This document shows positions 36,136 to 48,539 of a stretch of DNA of 64,000 nt, piece by piece. A model generated the notes under the pieces. The model searched no databases and was not told the origin of the DNA. It saw nothing but the letters and a program-made list of their open reading frames with translations. Position 1 is the first letter of the stretch; each line of letters opens with the position of its first letter. Made by a program: the position numbers and the translations under genes. This stretch comes from Stegostoma tigrinum (Eukaryota). Location of the stretch: the NCBI RefSeq assembly GCF_030684315.1, contig NC_081396.1:6138001-6202000 (forward strand), written 5' to 3'.

Positions 36136-37359
36136 TTTAAGTCCTATTACTGAAAGATTCAGGAGAGCAATACATTCATAATCTGATCTGATTATTTGCA
36201 CAGATCCTGATCTATTAGTAATAGATCCTATCCACTACCAATCCATCAATGATATGGATCCTGTAACCTTAAAGTCATTTGCTGATTGTGTCTACAGTCC
36301 TAATTAATGAAATGAATAATGAGGATCCTATTGCATGATTAATCAAGGTCTGAATATTAGGAATTAATTTATTAATAAACGTTCCACTGCTCATAATGGA
36401 CAGGTCTTTCTCTTTCTCCATCCCTCAATAACTGCCAGAATCCCTACACTGTGGAAGCAGGCCATTTGGCCCATCACATCCACACTGACCCTCCAAAGAG
36501 CTTCCTGCCCAGACCAAGCTCCATACACTGCCCTGTAACCCCGCTTTTCCCATGGCCAATCCCCTTAGCTGGTATATCTCTGGAGACCATGCGGCATTAC
36601 TAATCCACATAACCTGCACTTCGTTGGACTGTGGGAGGGAACCAGAGCACCTGCATGAAACTCAGACAGACATGGGGAAAATGTGCAAACTCCACACACA
36701 GATACATGGAATTGAACCTGGGTCCCTGGGACTGTGAGGCAGCAGTACTAACCACCGAGCTACCATGCCACCCACCTCTGTGAAAATCTATTCTGGGGTC
36801 ACACAAAGTCTGGAATATTAAAACAGGGCCACACAAAGAAGGAGTGTTTTAATACTATTGTTTTCTGGACTTTAATTGCACTGGTCTCATTACTCATCTC
36901 ATTACTCACTGTCACATCTCCCTGAGAGAAATTATTATTGTTCATGGTCATCAGGGATCGGTGTTGGTTAGGGATTTTGAAGTTGATGCCTGTTTCTGTC
37001 TATTCCTCATCTTGAAGCTGTTGGGCATGGCGCTGTCAGACCATATAATACAGGACATGCTGATCATGAAATTAGAGTCACATTGAGTCATACAGCATGA
37101 AAACAGACCCTTCGGTCCAACTTGTCCATGCTGACCAGGTATCCTGAACCGAACTTGTCCCATTTGCCTGCATTTGGCACATTTCCCTCTAAATCTTTCC
37201 TATTCATGTACCTGCCTGACTATCTTCTAAGTGTTGTAACTGCACTCACCTATACCACATCCTCCGGCAGCTCATTCCATACATCTGCATCGAAAAGTGC
37301 CCCTCGGCTCCTTTTTAAATCTTCCCTCTCTCACATTAAACCCTTGCCTTCTAGTCTTG

Positions 37360-37513
37360 GATAGTAGGAACTGCCGATGCTGGAGAATCTGAGATAACAA
37401 GATGTAGGGCTGGATATACACAGCAGGCCAAGCAGCATCAGAAGAGCAGGAAAGGTAATGTTTCAGGTCGGGACCCTTCTTCAGAAAGGGTCCAGACCCG
37501 AATTGTCAGCTTT
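37360..37513. mobile_element. Degenerate fold-back PLE terminus
   Basis: GATAGTAGGAACTGCCGATGCTGGAGAATC...GGACCCTTCTTCAGAAAGGGTCCAGACCCG. Confidence 0.7.
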
Positions 37514-38612
37514 CATAGAACATAGAACAGTACAGCACAGATGTGCCGACCATTGATCCTCATGTATGCACCCTCAAATTTCTGTGACCATATGCATGTC
37601 CAGCAGTTTCTTAAATGTCCCCAATGACCTTGCTTCCACAACTGCTGCTGGCAACGCATTCCATGCTCTCACAACTCCCTGTGTAAAGAACCCGCGTCTG
37701 ACATTCCCTCTATACTTTCCTCCAACCAGCTTAAAACTATGACCCCTCGTGTTAGCCATTTCTGCCCTGGGAAATAGTCTTTGGCTATCAACTCTATCTA
37801 TGCCTCTCATTATCTTGTATACCTCAATTAGGTCCCCTCTCCTCCTCCTTTTTTCCAATGAAAAAAGTCCGAGCTCAGTCAACCTCTCTTCATAAGATAA
37901 GCCCTCCAGTCCAGGCAGCATCCTGGTAAACGTCCTCTGAACCCTCTCCAAAGCATCCACATCTTTCCTATAATTGGGCGACCAGAACTGGACGCAGTAT
38001 TCCAAGTGCGGTCTAACCAAAGTTTTATAGAGCTGCAACAAGATCTCACGACTCTTAAACTCAATCCCCCTGTTAATGAAAGCCAAAACACCATATGCTT
38101 TCTTAACAACCCTGTCCACTTGGGTAGCCATTTTAAGGGATCTATGTATCTGCACACCAAGATCCCTCTGTTCCTCCACACTGCCAAGAATCCTATCCTT
38201 AATCCTGTACTCAGCTTTCAAATTCGACATTCCAAAATGCATCACCTCCCATTTATCCAGGTTGAACTCCATCTGCCACCTCTCAGCCCATCTCTGCATC
38301 CTGTCAATGTCCCGCTGCAGCCTACAACAGCCCTCTATACCGTCAACGACACCTCCAACCTTTGTGTCGTCTGCAAACTTGCTGACCCATCCTTCAATCC
38401 CCTCATCCAAGTCATTAATAAAAATTACAAACAGTAGAGGCCCAAGGACAGAGCCCTGTGGAACACCACTCACCACTGACTTCCAGGCAGAATATTTTCC
38501 TTCTACTACCACTCGCTGCCTTCTGTTGGCCAGTCAATTATGTATCCAGACAACTAAGTTCCCTTGTATCCCATTCCTCCTGACCTTCTGAATGAGCCTA
38601 CCATGGGGAACC
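37514..38612 (-). mobile_element. Young 5'-truncated CR1 LINE with an uninterrupted 312-aa RT/C-terminal ORF
   Basis: ORF 37574-38512 [13 protein letters not shown]...SKFADDTK...RPHLEYCVQFWSP; the 3' UTR closely matches the copy at 61500-61720. Confidence 0.95.
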
Positions 38613-39464
38613 GTATCACTCTAAGGGAATGGAAGGGAACAGGAAAGACCTCCTTTTAGTCTTGGACTCCCCTACTGTGGAGAACAGGACCTTGGCTTTT
38701 CACCCTATCTATGCCCCTCATGATTTTATAATCTTCTGTAAGGTCACCCCCTCTTCCGCCAATGTTCAAGGGGAGAGAAGTCCCAAATTATCCAGCCTTT
38801 TTATAACTCAAAACTTCCAGTCCTCGTAACATCCTTGTAAAATTTTTAAGTGTTCTTTCCTTTTTTTTAGATTAGATCCCTACAGTGTGGAAACAGGCCC
38901 GTCGCCCAACAAGTCCACACCGCCCCTCGGAGCATCCTACCCAGACCCATCCGCCTATAACCCACACACCCCTGAACACTACGGGCAATTTAGCACGGCC
39001 AATCCGCCCTAGCCTGCACATCTTTGGACTGTGGGAGGAAACCGGAGCACCCGGAGGAAACCCACGCAGACATGGGGAGAATGTGCAAATTCCACACACT
39101 TCCAGTTACCTGAGGATGGAATTGAACCTGGGTCCCTGGCGCTGTGACAATTTAATAACAACATCGCAATAGAAGGGCAACCAGAATTGTATGCATTATT
39201 CTAAGAGTAGTCTCACCAATGTCCTGTACAGCTGCAACATGACCTCCCAACTCCTATACTGAATGCACTGACCAACAACGGCAAGTGTATCAAACACCCT
39301 CTTCACCACCCTGTCTCCGTGTGATGCCACTTTCAAGGAACTAGGAACCTGCACACCTAGGTCCCTCTATTCAACCACAGTCCGCAAATAATGTGTAAGT
39401 CCTGCCCTGGTTCATGTTATAAAAATGCATTAATTAAACGTATGAGTAAAATAAGGGGGTCTTT

Positions 39465-39560
39465 TCCTCTGATGAAGGGTCCAGGCCCGAAACGTCAGCT
39501 TTTGTGCTCCTGAGATGCTGCTTGGCCTGCTGTGTTCATCCAGCCCCACATTTTATTATC
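39465..39560 (+). mobile_element. Solo PLE 3' terminus with an intact hammerhead core (39469-39496)
   Basis: CTGATGAAGGGTCCAGGCCCGAAACGTC...CACATTTTATTATC, flanked by a GGGTCTTT(T)CCT duplication. Confidence 0.85.
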
Positions 39561-39999
39561 CTGGGTCTTTCCTGTTCCCTTCCATTCCCTTAGAGTTATA
39601 GAATCATACAGCACAGAAACAGACCCTTTGGTTGAACCAGCCCCAGTCCATGCCAACCATATTCCCAAACTAAAGTAGTCACACCTGCCTGCACTTGGTC
39701 CACATTCCTTCAAACCCTTCTTATTCGTGTACTTGCCCAAAATCTTCTAAGTTTCGTAACTGTGCCTGAATCTACCAATAACTCTGCCAGTTCGTTCCAC
39801 ATATGAACCAGTCTCTGTGTAAAATGGTGCAAATGTGGAAATAAACTGTTGGAGGAAGCGTCGGATGCAGGTTCAGTTACAACAATTAAAAGGCGTTTAG
39901 ATCAGTCCATAAACAGGAATTGTTTGCAGCGGTATGGGTCACACAAGACAAGGGCCGGTTGAACCGAAGGGTCTGTTTCCAAGCTGTATGAGTCTATAA

Positions 40000-40430
40000 A
40001 CTCTGCAAGTGCGGCTGCAGAACCATGGAGCTGTGCAAAGTGCCCCCAGTCCTGGCGCTGCAGCAAACGCGGCTGCAGGCAGAACGCATGCTCCGCAGAC
40101 GGCGCCGGCGCCGCGCATGCGCACCGGCCTCCAGCGGCGCGGCGCCGGCCGGCTGGCGCGCAAGTGCGCAGGCCCAGGCACGGCGGCGGCCCGAACATGC
40201 GCAGTGCCAGAGTGCGGGCGGAGAAGGTCTGCGGAGGAGCGGAACGGGAACCGGGCCGGTGACGATGGTGAGGTGATGGACGAGGGGAGAACGGAACGGC
40301 TGGGGAGAATTAAGCTCAGGATTATTATAGACGCCCGGAGCGGCGGGGGCCCGGAGCCTGGAGGCATTGAATAAGAGCTCAGTATTTACCCCGCGGCGCC
40401 CTGAAGGGCGGGGGAGGCAAGCCCAGGTCT
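40000..40430 (+). promoter_or_regulatory. CpG-island promoter and first exon of the ZNF at 41529
   Basis: Very high GC/CpG; NRF1 palindrome GCGCATGCGC plus variants; candidate donor GATG|GTGAGG at 40268. Confidence 0.75.
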
Positions 40431-40434
40431 TCAT

Positions 40435-40620
40435 GGCCGCCATGTTGGTGAGGGAAGGCAATTGGGCGGAATCTCTGCACTGACCACCATCTTGGTAAGG
40501 GATAAGCGAGGCGCGGCCTCTGTTCCTTTTGTTATCTCGGCCGCCATCTTGGTAAGGGATAAATGGGGCGCGGCTTTTTTCTGTCCGCTTTGTTACCCTG
40601 GCCACCATCTTGGTGAGGGA
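40435..40620 (+). repeat. Four tandem YY1-like motifs in the putative intron 1
   Basis: GRCCRCCATSTTGGTRAGGGA starting at 40435, 40482, 40539 and 40600. Confidence 0.85.
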
Positions 40621-41528
40621 GTGATGGTCCATTGCTCCTCACCAAAGTTTCTGAACCTCCTAGGTGCTGCGTTATTTGGGCAGCCCATGCTAGGCATAAA
40701 GGGGCAAGTTGTTCTCTCAGATGAGACCTCCACTCATTCATTCTACACCCAGTTGCATGACCTATTAAAGTCCCATGCATTGCTTTCAATATTCAGTTGG
40801 CAATCAATGGGAACTGTTACAGCACAGTGGCTCACTGGTTAGCACTGCTGCCTCTCGGCACCAGGGAACCGGTTTCGATTCCACCTTCGGGTGACTGTCC
40901 GTATTGAGTTTGCACGTTTTCCTTGTGACTGAGAGTTTCCTCCAGGTCCTCCGGTTTCTTCCCACAATTCAAAAATGTACAGTGTAGGTGGATTGGCCAT
41001 GCTGCAGTGCTCCTTAGCTTCCAGGGGTGTGTAGGTTAAGAGGAATAGCCATGGGGAATTGCAGGGTTATAGCATGGGGGGATGCTTTTTGAAGGGCTGG
41101 TGTGCACTTGATGGGCTAAAATGGCATGCTTCCACACTGTAGGGATTCTAGAATTTCCATATTCTACTGGCAGAAGCAACTTTTGCAAACTCTCTTTTTG
41201 ACAGGGTATCGAGAAAGAGGATTCACGGATGAAATATTCAAATTGAGCAGCACGCGGCGGTTGTATAAGAGTCACGCCAATTCCCAGGCATCTGAATATC
41301 ACTGGCCTTTGAGGGCGGATCGAAAGAAAAATGTTTGTCATTGTGTCTGCTGGCTTTCAAACTTTGGTGAGACCAGAACAGCGGGAAGGCATCCAAGTGA
41401 AAGTCTTTCAGTGCAATTACCCAGGTCCACAGCCTTCAGTAGCACTGCACCACTCAGGGTGGTATGTGTGACCTGTGTGTATGTGTGTGAAACTTTAGCC
41501 AGAGAGAGCAACAAGAGCACTTTACACC

Positions 41529-42287
41529 ATGGAGAAGCCATGGAAATGTGGGGACTGTGGGAAGGCATTCAGCTATCCATCGCAGTTGGAAAACCATCGC
41601 CGCAGCCACACCGGGGAGAGGCCATTCATCTGCTCTGTGTGCGGCAAGGGCTTCGCGCAGTCCTTCTGCCTCCAGTCGCACCAGCGGGCTCACACTGAGG
41701 AGAGGCCATTCAGCTGCACGTACTGCGGGAAGAGGTTCCGGTGCTCGTCCAACCTCACAGCCCACCGGCGGGTCCACACGGGCGAGAGGCCGTTCACCTG
41801 CTCGGTGTGCGGGAAGGGCTTCACCCAGTCCACCACGCTGCAGACCCACCAGCGGGTCCACACGGGCGAGCGGCCGTTCGCCTGCTCCGAGTGCGGGAAA
41901 GGGTTCACCAACTCGTCACAGCTGCTGAAGCACCAGCGGGTCCACACGGGCGAGCGGCCGTTCACCTGCGCCGCCTGCGGCAAGGGCTTCGCCCAGTCCA
42001 ACAACCTGCTGCGGCACCAGCGGGGCCACGCCGGCGAGCGGCCCTTCTCCTGCCAGGTCTGCGGCAGCGGGTTCACCCACTCGTGGAACCTGCGGGCCCA
42101 CCAGCGCATCCACAGCGGCGAGAGGCCGTTCGCCTGCTCGGTCTGCGGCAAGGACTTCACCCGCTCATCCCACCTGCAGACTCACCGGCGCATCCACACC
42201 GGGGAGAGGCCCTTTGTCTGCTCGGTGTGCGGGAAGGGCTTTACCCAGTCACAGCACCTTCTGTCCCATCAGCGAGTCCACAAGTGA
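41529..42287 (+). CDS. C2H2 zinc-finger protein, 9 fingers, essentially fingers only
   Basis: 252-aa ORF with canonical TGERPF linkers; good Kozak context ACACCATGG; acceptor TTTTTGACAG at 41204. Confidence 0.93.
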   Translation: MEKPWKCGDCGKAFSYPSQLENHRRSHTGERPFICSVCGKGFAQSFCLQSHQRAHTEERPFSCTYCGKRFRCSSNLTAHRRVHTGERPFTCSVCGKGFTQSTTLQTHQRVHTGERPFACSECGKGFTNSSQLLKHQRVHTGERPFTCAACGKGFAQSNNLLRHQRGHAGERPFSCQVCGSGFTHSWNLRAHQRIHSGERPFACSVCGKDFTRSSHLQTHRRIHTGERPFVCSVCGKGFTQSQHLLSHQRVHK

Positions 42288-43434
42288 CTGCGGGAGGTGG
42301 ATTATCCAAATACTACTGGTCACATCCGGTGGTTGATAGAACCCCTAGCGGGGAAAGGGGCCGTTCGGGCTGTCAAAGTCTGCACCGACCCCTCCAAAGG
42401 GCGTCCCACCCAGACCTGACCCCTTTCCCTGTCTGTAACCCAGCATTTCCCATGACTAATCCACCCGGCCTGCACATCCCCAGATTGCCACGGGATAATT
42501 TAGCACGGTCAGTCCACCCTAACCTGCACGTCTTTGGACTCTGGGAGGAAACTGGAGGAAACCCGTGGCAGGGGCGGGATATCGTGCAAGCCCCACATGG
42601 CCAGAACTGGAAGCGAACCCGGGTCCCTGGTGCCGCGAGGCCGCTGTGCCAGCCCCCTAAGTCTGACAGCGTTTGGTTTGTTTTCCGCTGGCATCGACGT
42701 TCCCCAGTAACCGGCTGGAGTTTCGTATTCTGGAAACGTTGGTGATTTTTGCAACTGCTTTGTTCCATTTAGCATCTTTCCCCTTAATCCGTGAACTCTT
42801 AGCAAGAGCCATAAAGTGTGGAACTCTCACCTCGTCCTCGGGTTCACTTTTAGGACAAAATGAACAGTGCAGTGCTTTAAAGTATCCACCGATTAACATT
42901 TCCAATTAGAAAGCGCTGATTTCTAAGAAATCAAGGGAACGTTGCCACAGTCCTACAGGATCCCTCCAGCTTAATAATATCCTTCACTGGTGAGAGAAGG
43001 GCCAACGCCTTGTGGTGATTTTCGCCTGAAGGTCACTGTACCTCAGGTGAGTTGATAAGAATAATCCTTCAGCTTTTGTGGGGATTGAACCGGCACTGCT
43101 GACATCGCACTGCACCGCAAGCTGGCCAACGGAGCCCCCAGAGTGCCATTTAATCCTTGTCGACACTTCCTTCCGACTCTCACGTTCTTCACAGTCGCAC
43201 CTTCGTTGTGAAATCAAATCGCGAGGGGCTGAAAGTGAAGTGAAGGGCTGTAGCCCCAGAGGTTATCCTCCCTTCAGAGTGAAATAATATGTCGCAGGTT
43301 TAACCTGGTGGCAGGTGGCAGGGGGATCATGGCATTTTGGCCAGAACTGAGAAGGATGGGGTCTTTGCAGAATCGATCCCGCACTGTTGGGGTCGCTCAG
43401 CATCGCAGACCTGCCACTGTACCCAGGGTCATTC

Positions 43435-43910
43435 GTACAGCATGGAAGCAGACCCTTCAGTCCAACCAGTCCATGTGGGGCCTAATCCCAAACTAAACTT
43501 GGCCCATCTGCCTGCGCTTAACCCATATCCCTCCCTTTCTTATTCATGTACCTATCCAGATGTCTTTTAAATGATGTAACTGTACCCACCCCCACCACTT
43601 CCCCAGGAAGTTCACACCACACACGCACCATTCTCTGTGTAAAGAAAATTGCCATTTATGGCTTTTTTACATCTCTTTCACCTTTTAAAAATAGTGCCCC
43701 TTCGTCTCGAAATTCCCAACCCGAGGGAAAAGACACCTGCCACTTGCCTCACCTATACCCCTTATGATTTTATAAATTTCAACCATCTGCACTTCAGTAA
43801 ACATGGCCCCAGCCTCTCCTTCTAACACAAACCCTCTGTTCCCGGCAACATCCGGGTGAATCTCTTCCGAGCCCCCTCTGAATAATATCCTTCCTGTAAA
43901 CAGGGAGGCC
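43435..43910 (-). mobile_element. CR1/HER1 3' fragment; more at 46350-47090, 47330-48110, 51130-51800 (minus) and 48650-49185, 52150-52490, 53970-54670, 55290-55760, 59750-60660 (plus)
   Basis: Recurrent ATGATTTTATAAA / CAACATCCTGGTAAATCT / CAGACCCTTCGGTCCAAC motifs and CR1 translations in the ORF track. Confidence 0.75.
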
Positions 43911-46900
43911 GGAATTGGAAATGTTACAGCTGTGAGTCAACGTTGATGAAGTCACGCTTCAAACTCAGCATCTCCAGCACTTGGTAAAGGCAGAATGCGC
44001 AACAGAGATTTTCTTTTAATAAAGGATCCATTCCCAGCATGAAGGTGTTTCTGGCTAGGCTAGCACTTGGTACCCATCCCTAGTTGCCCAGAGGGCAATT
44101 GAGTCTGGAGTTACATGTAGGCCAGATCAGGTAAGGATGGGAGTTTCCTTCCCCAAAGGGTGCAGGATGAGTTTTCTGCCCCAAAACATCATGATTAGAC
44201 TGTCAATTTTGTTTTTTCTAAAATTGAAGTTGAAATTCCACCATCTGCCATGGCAGGATTTGAAGCCAGGGGGTTCCCCTGGAACATGACCTGGGTCTCT
44301 GGATTAACAGTCCAGTGAAGATACCACTAGGCCATTGCCTCCCCTTGCTGCCATTGGTCTTTGAAGTGAAAAGTGAAACCAACTGGACGCATGACGTTAA
44401 TCCAGCACCGAGAGCAGTGCCAAACCTGGACAGCAACCAACAGAATTATCAACGGGCTGAGAGAGACCATGCAAACAAGCACTGGGTCAGTTATGGCAAG
44501 CAATCCGAGCTGCCCACGACAGTATAGATTGACGTGCTTTGTATGATGGGATCTAGATGGTGCTTGGGCTTTCACCGTTCCCGGGGTTGTCCCTCCCGAA
44601 ACTGGCAAAGCTGCCCTGACTGACAGGGAGCAAAGAGTTGTCCCGTTGGGCTGAACACGGCTGTGCTCCCCGTGAGGTGCCCATCCTCCCAGCGTCTGAC
44701 ACTTTCCCAACGCTTCCTGGTTAAGTCGGACGAGGAGCCCTGAACGTTGGAAAACGGCTGCTAATCGTTCAACCAGCACAGGCGGCGATAGCCTGTCAGC
44801 TGCGCTGCTCAAACATTGCAAAGTCCTGACCACTCCTACTGCTTTGCAGGTTTCGACAATGTGATCAGCTCACATGGGCACTGACAGCGTCACGGGCGTT
44901 TTGAGAGTTAAAACGCTGTGCTGGATAAAACGCTCTGCCTTTTGTGAACTATTCAGGCCGCTTGTTATCTCTGACTCATGAGTGCTTGAGAAAGGGAGAT
45001 ATGAAGTGGAACTCTAAATCAGTGGCAAACACTTCTGTCTCAAATGTAAAAGCACAGTCCAGCACCACCAAAGTAGCATCATTGTTTCTGAATTTGGAGT
45101 TGATAAAATAATTTGATTTGCTGTTTCAATGAGTTGGACCAAAGGGTCTGTCTACTGTCCAACTCTGAGCCTAAGCACGTAAAGGAAATGTTTAAGTGAG
45201 GTTTATTCTTCTGTAAACTTAACAAAACGAGAAAAAAAAAGCAATCTACGTAATTTCTGAGTTGCCAGAGAAAAGTCGGGAAGTCGGATAAGTTCCAGAG
45301 GACATGCCCGATTGAAAAACGCCAACACGGATTACAACACTAGGGGAGATTAGAACAACTTCAGGGGCAGCTCGCTCAGTGTCATGGAAGGAGGCCTTCA
45401 GGAGGGTCAGGTTCGAAAAGTGTCTATCCGCTCACAGACCGAGTGTGGCCAGAGACTCAGCGAGCTTTCTGCACCAGTGGATCGACGGGGAGGACACGGT
45501 CCTCTCTGCAGACCAGCGAGATTGACTTCGGTATCCAAACCGTTGCACGGCGTCAGCAGGTCAGGACTCGGCAAAGGATTTGGAGGAGAATCAACCCACC
45601 CACCAGTGCTCCCCAGTCCTCTCCTTTCACAGCCTGACTGCACAAAGTCGAATGAAGAACGAGTGAAACAAACACAGCATTCGACGATTCGCAGCCACTT
45701 CTGAGCATCAGGAACAAGAATGACGTCTTTCGGAGAGACGGAGCAGGGAGACTTGAAGTGAGGAATGGGAACAGTGCATTTAAAGTCTTGCAAAAAGGAT
45801 CACACTAAATCGCAACTTCCCAATCCTCAATGTTGCAATTCTCCACACCGTGTGTGAGCCTGGACTAATTCTTTCTCGGGAACGAGAAGGGGGAATGTGT
45901 GAGACTTAGTGGTGGGTCGGGGAGTGGTGAATCTTCACCTACTGAGCAAGTAGGGAGATTATTACCTGATTAATTTATCAGGACTCTGATTATCAATGTG
46001 ATCCAATTCAGACCATTCACCTCACAGAGCTGGAACATAAACATGAGGATCCAAATTATTGATGTAATGCAGCTCTGATCATTAATGGAAATGATTGAGA
46101 TTCTTTTTAAAAAAAACAGCTTCTTGATTGTTGGAATTAGTGACTAATTATTTATGCAATAGAAAATGTGTCGTTAATTAGATCCTGATTAATTTTTTTT
46201 CTGTCCATTCAAGGGAAGTTGGTATGGCCGACTCAGCTAGCATTTATTGTCCATTTTTAAATCGTCCAGAGAGCAGTGCTTCTGTAGTTCTGGAGTCACG
46301 TGAAGGCCAGACCAGTGAGGATGGCAGAATTTCTTCACAAAGACATTAAGTGTTGTAACTGTGCCCACATCCACCGGTCCCTCTGGAAGTTCACTCCACT
46401 CACAAACCATTCACAGTGTTTAAAAAAATCAGTTACTCCTCAAGTCGTTTTGAAATCTTTCTCCTCTCAGCTTACAAATATGCCCCCTCAGCTTAAAATC
46501 CCTCACCCTGGACAAAAGACACCTGTCTTATCTGTACTCCTCATGGTTTTATAGACCTCGATATCGTCACGCCCCCCCCCCCCAACCCAACTTCCTATGC
46601 TCCAATGAAAATAGTCCCAGCCTATCAAACCTCTCCTTTTCACTCAAACCCTCCATTCCTGGCAAGATGCTGGTAAATCTTTTCTGAGCCATCTCTGGTT
46701 TAATAGTATCCTTCCTATAATAGGGTGACCAGAACGGCACAGTATACTCTGGAAGAGGCCTCACCAATGCCCTGTACTACCTCAACATGATGTCCCAACT
46801 CCTACCCTCAATGATCTGAGTAACGTAGGCAAGCGTGTTAAACTCTGTGATTACCTACCCGAACCCCTCTGTCTCTCTGTTGTACAATTCTAACCAAGTT

Positions 46901-48539
46901 ACTTTTAATTGTATAAGCCCTGCCCTTGTTTGTTTTATCAAACTTTTTTATACAATACTTCGCATTTATCCAAGTTAAACTCCATCTGTTACTCCTCAGC
47001 CCGTTGACCCAATTGGTCAACATCTCTTTGAAATTTTAGATGACCTCTTTGACTATCCACTAAACCACGTCTGCAAGCTTACTAACCATGCCTTGTGTAT
47101 CGATGAACCACATGGAGCTTGTAACCCCATTTGATGGCAGTTGCATGGTCATCATTGGACTTCTAATTCCAGATTTTTTTGCTTTCACTAAATTCACATT
47201 TCACTAACTGCCACGCTAGGATTTGAACTCAGGACACTGGAACACTACCCGGGGGTCAATGAATTCATCATCTAGTGATAATGCCACGAGGCCGTTACCT
47301 CCCCTGTGCCCTTCTGACCACAATTAATATAGAACTGTACAGCCTAGGAACAGGGCCTTCGGCCCACAGTGTTGTGCCAAACATGACACCAAATTTAACC
47401 GATCCCTTCTGCCTGCCCTGGGTCCATACCTTGCATATTTATGTGCTTATCTAAACGTCCCCTAGACACCTCTATTGTACCTGGTTCCACCCCGGCAGCA
47501 TGATCCAGACTCTTAAAAAAAACCTTGCTCCTCACATCTTTGAAAATTTCCCCCCTCATCGTAAGTGCACATATTAGACATTTCAACTCTGGGAAAAAGA
47601 TTCCAACCATCAGCCCTGTTCTGTGCATCTCATCATTTCATTGACTTGGATCAAGTCTCCCCTGAGCCTCTGGCACTCCAGAGAAAGCAATCTCTGGTTT
47701 ATCGACGCTGTCCCTATAGCTCATACCCTCTAATCCAGGCAGCATTCTCGTAAATCACTCCTGCATCTCCTCCAAAGCCTCCACATCCTTCCTGTGATGT
47801 GGCAACCAGAATCGAACGCAATACTCTCGGTGCGGCCTAACCAAAGTCTTATAAAGCTGTGACATGACGTCCTGACTCTTGTACTCAATATCCTGGCCAA
47901 TAAAGGCGCGTGACATATGCCTTCTTTACCACCCTATCTACTTGTGTGGCCACTTTCAGGGAGCTATGGACTTGAACTCCAAGTTGCCTCTGTAAATTAG
48001 TTTTGCCATTAACAGTATGCGTTTCCTCAACATTTGATCTCTCAAAGTGCAGTACCTCATGCTTACCCAGATTAAACTCCATCTGTCATTTCTCCACCCA
48101 TATCTGCAACTGATTAATGCAATTCAATCTTGAAGTTAAAATAATAGGACACCAGTTATTTGTACAGTTAAATCTTGGTTGTTGAGGCAGTAGGTACTGG
48201 ACATTTAATGTGATCGTCTCCTGAATACTAAAGCAAATAAGATTCTGATCATAAAATGTAGGTGAATTGCAATTCCCAATGCATGACGATGATAGATATT
48301 GACGCAAAAATGATCCTGATGACTGAAGGCGTCGACTCGAAAAAAGGAAATAAACTCCTTCCTTCTCAGGTTATTTTTGTGGTGGCAGTTGGGCATCAGA
48401 GAGCAGTCCACCAGGGCCAGGCCCATCAACAATGAACACATGAGGATTTCAACAGAGCCTGCAGAAATCAGACGTCAGTCTCCGTAACTGCTCTCTGGGA
48501 ACCTGCACCTCCAAAATTTCGTCTCGCGATCCCTCTGGA

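Noticed and set aside
37574-38512. Intact 312-aa RT ORF as a possible domesticated gene
   Set aside because: It is a 5'-truncated young CR1 with its normal 3' UTR and tail; intactness is explained by recency.
40435-40620. Repeat-spacer pattern superficially like a CRISPR array (also 23290-23388)
   Set aside because: Eukaryotic context with no cas genes; the repeats are degenerate and the spacers are related to each other or absent. Better explained as transcription-factor-site tandem repeats.
39902-40842. Several 100-212 aa ORFs over the CpG island (also 14942-15556, 23366-23881, 61697-62125)
   Set aside because: Stop-codon depletion in GC-rich promoter DNA; no recognisable domain.
41741-42745. 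334-aa Pro/Ala/Arg-rich ORF, and similar shadow ORFs at 416-817, 26284-27522 and 52558-52878
   Set aside because: These are alternate-frame or antisense readings of GC-rich zinc-finger codons.
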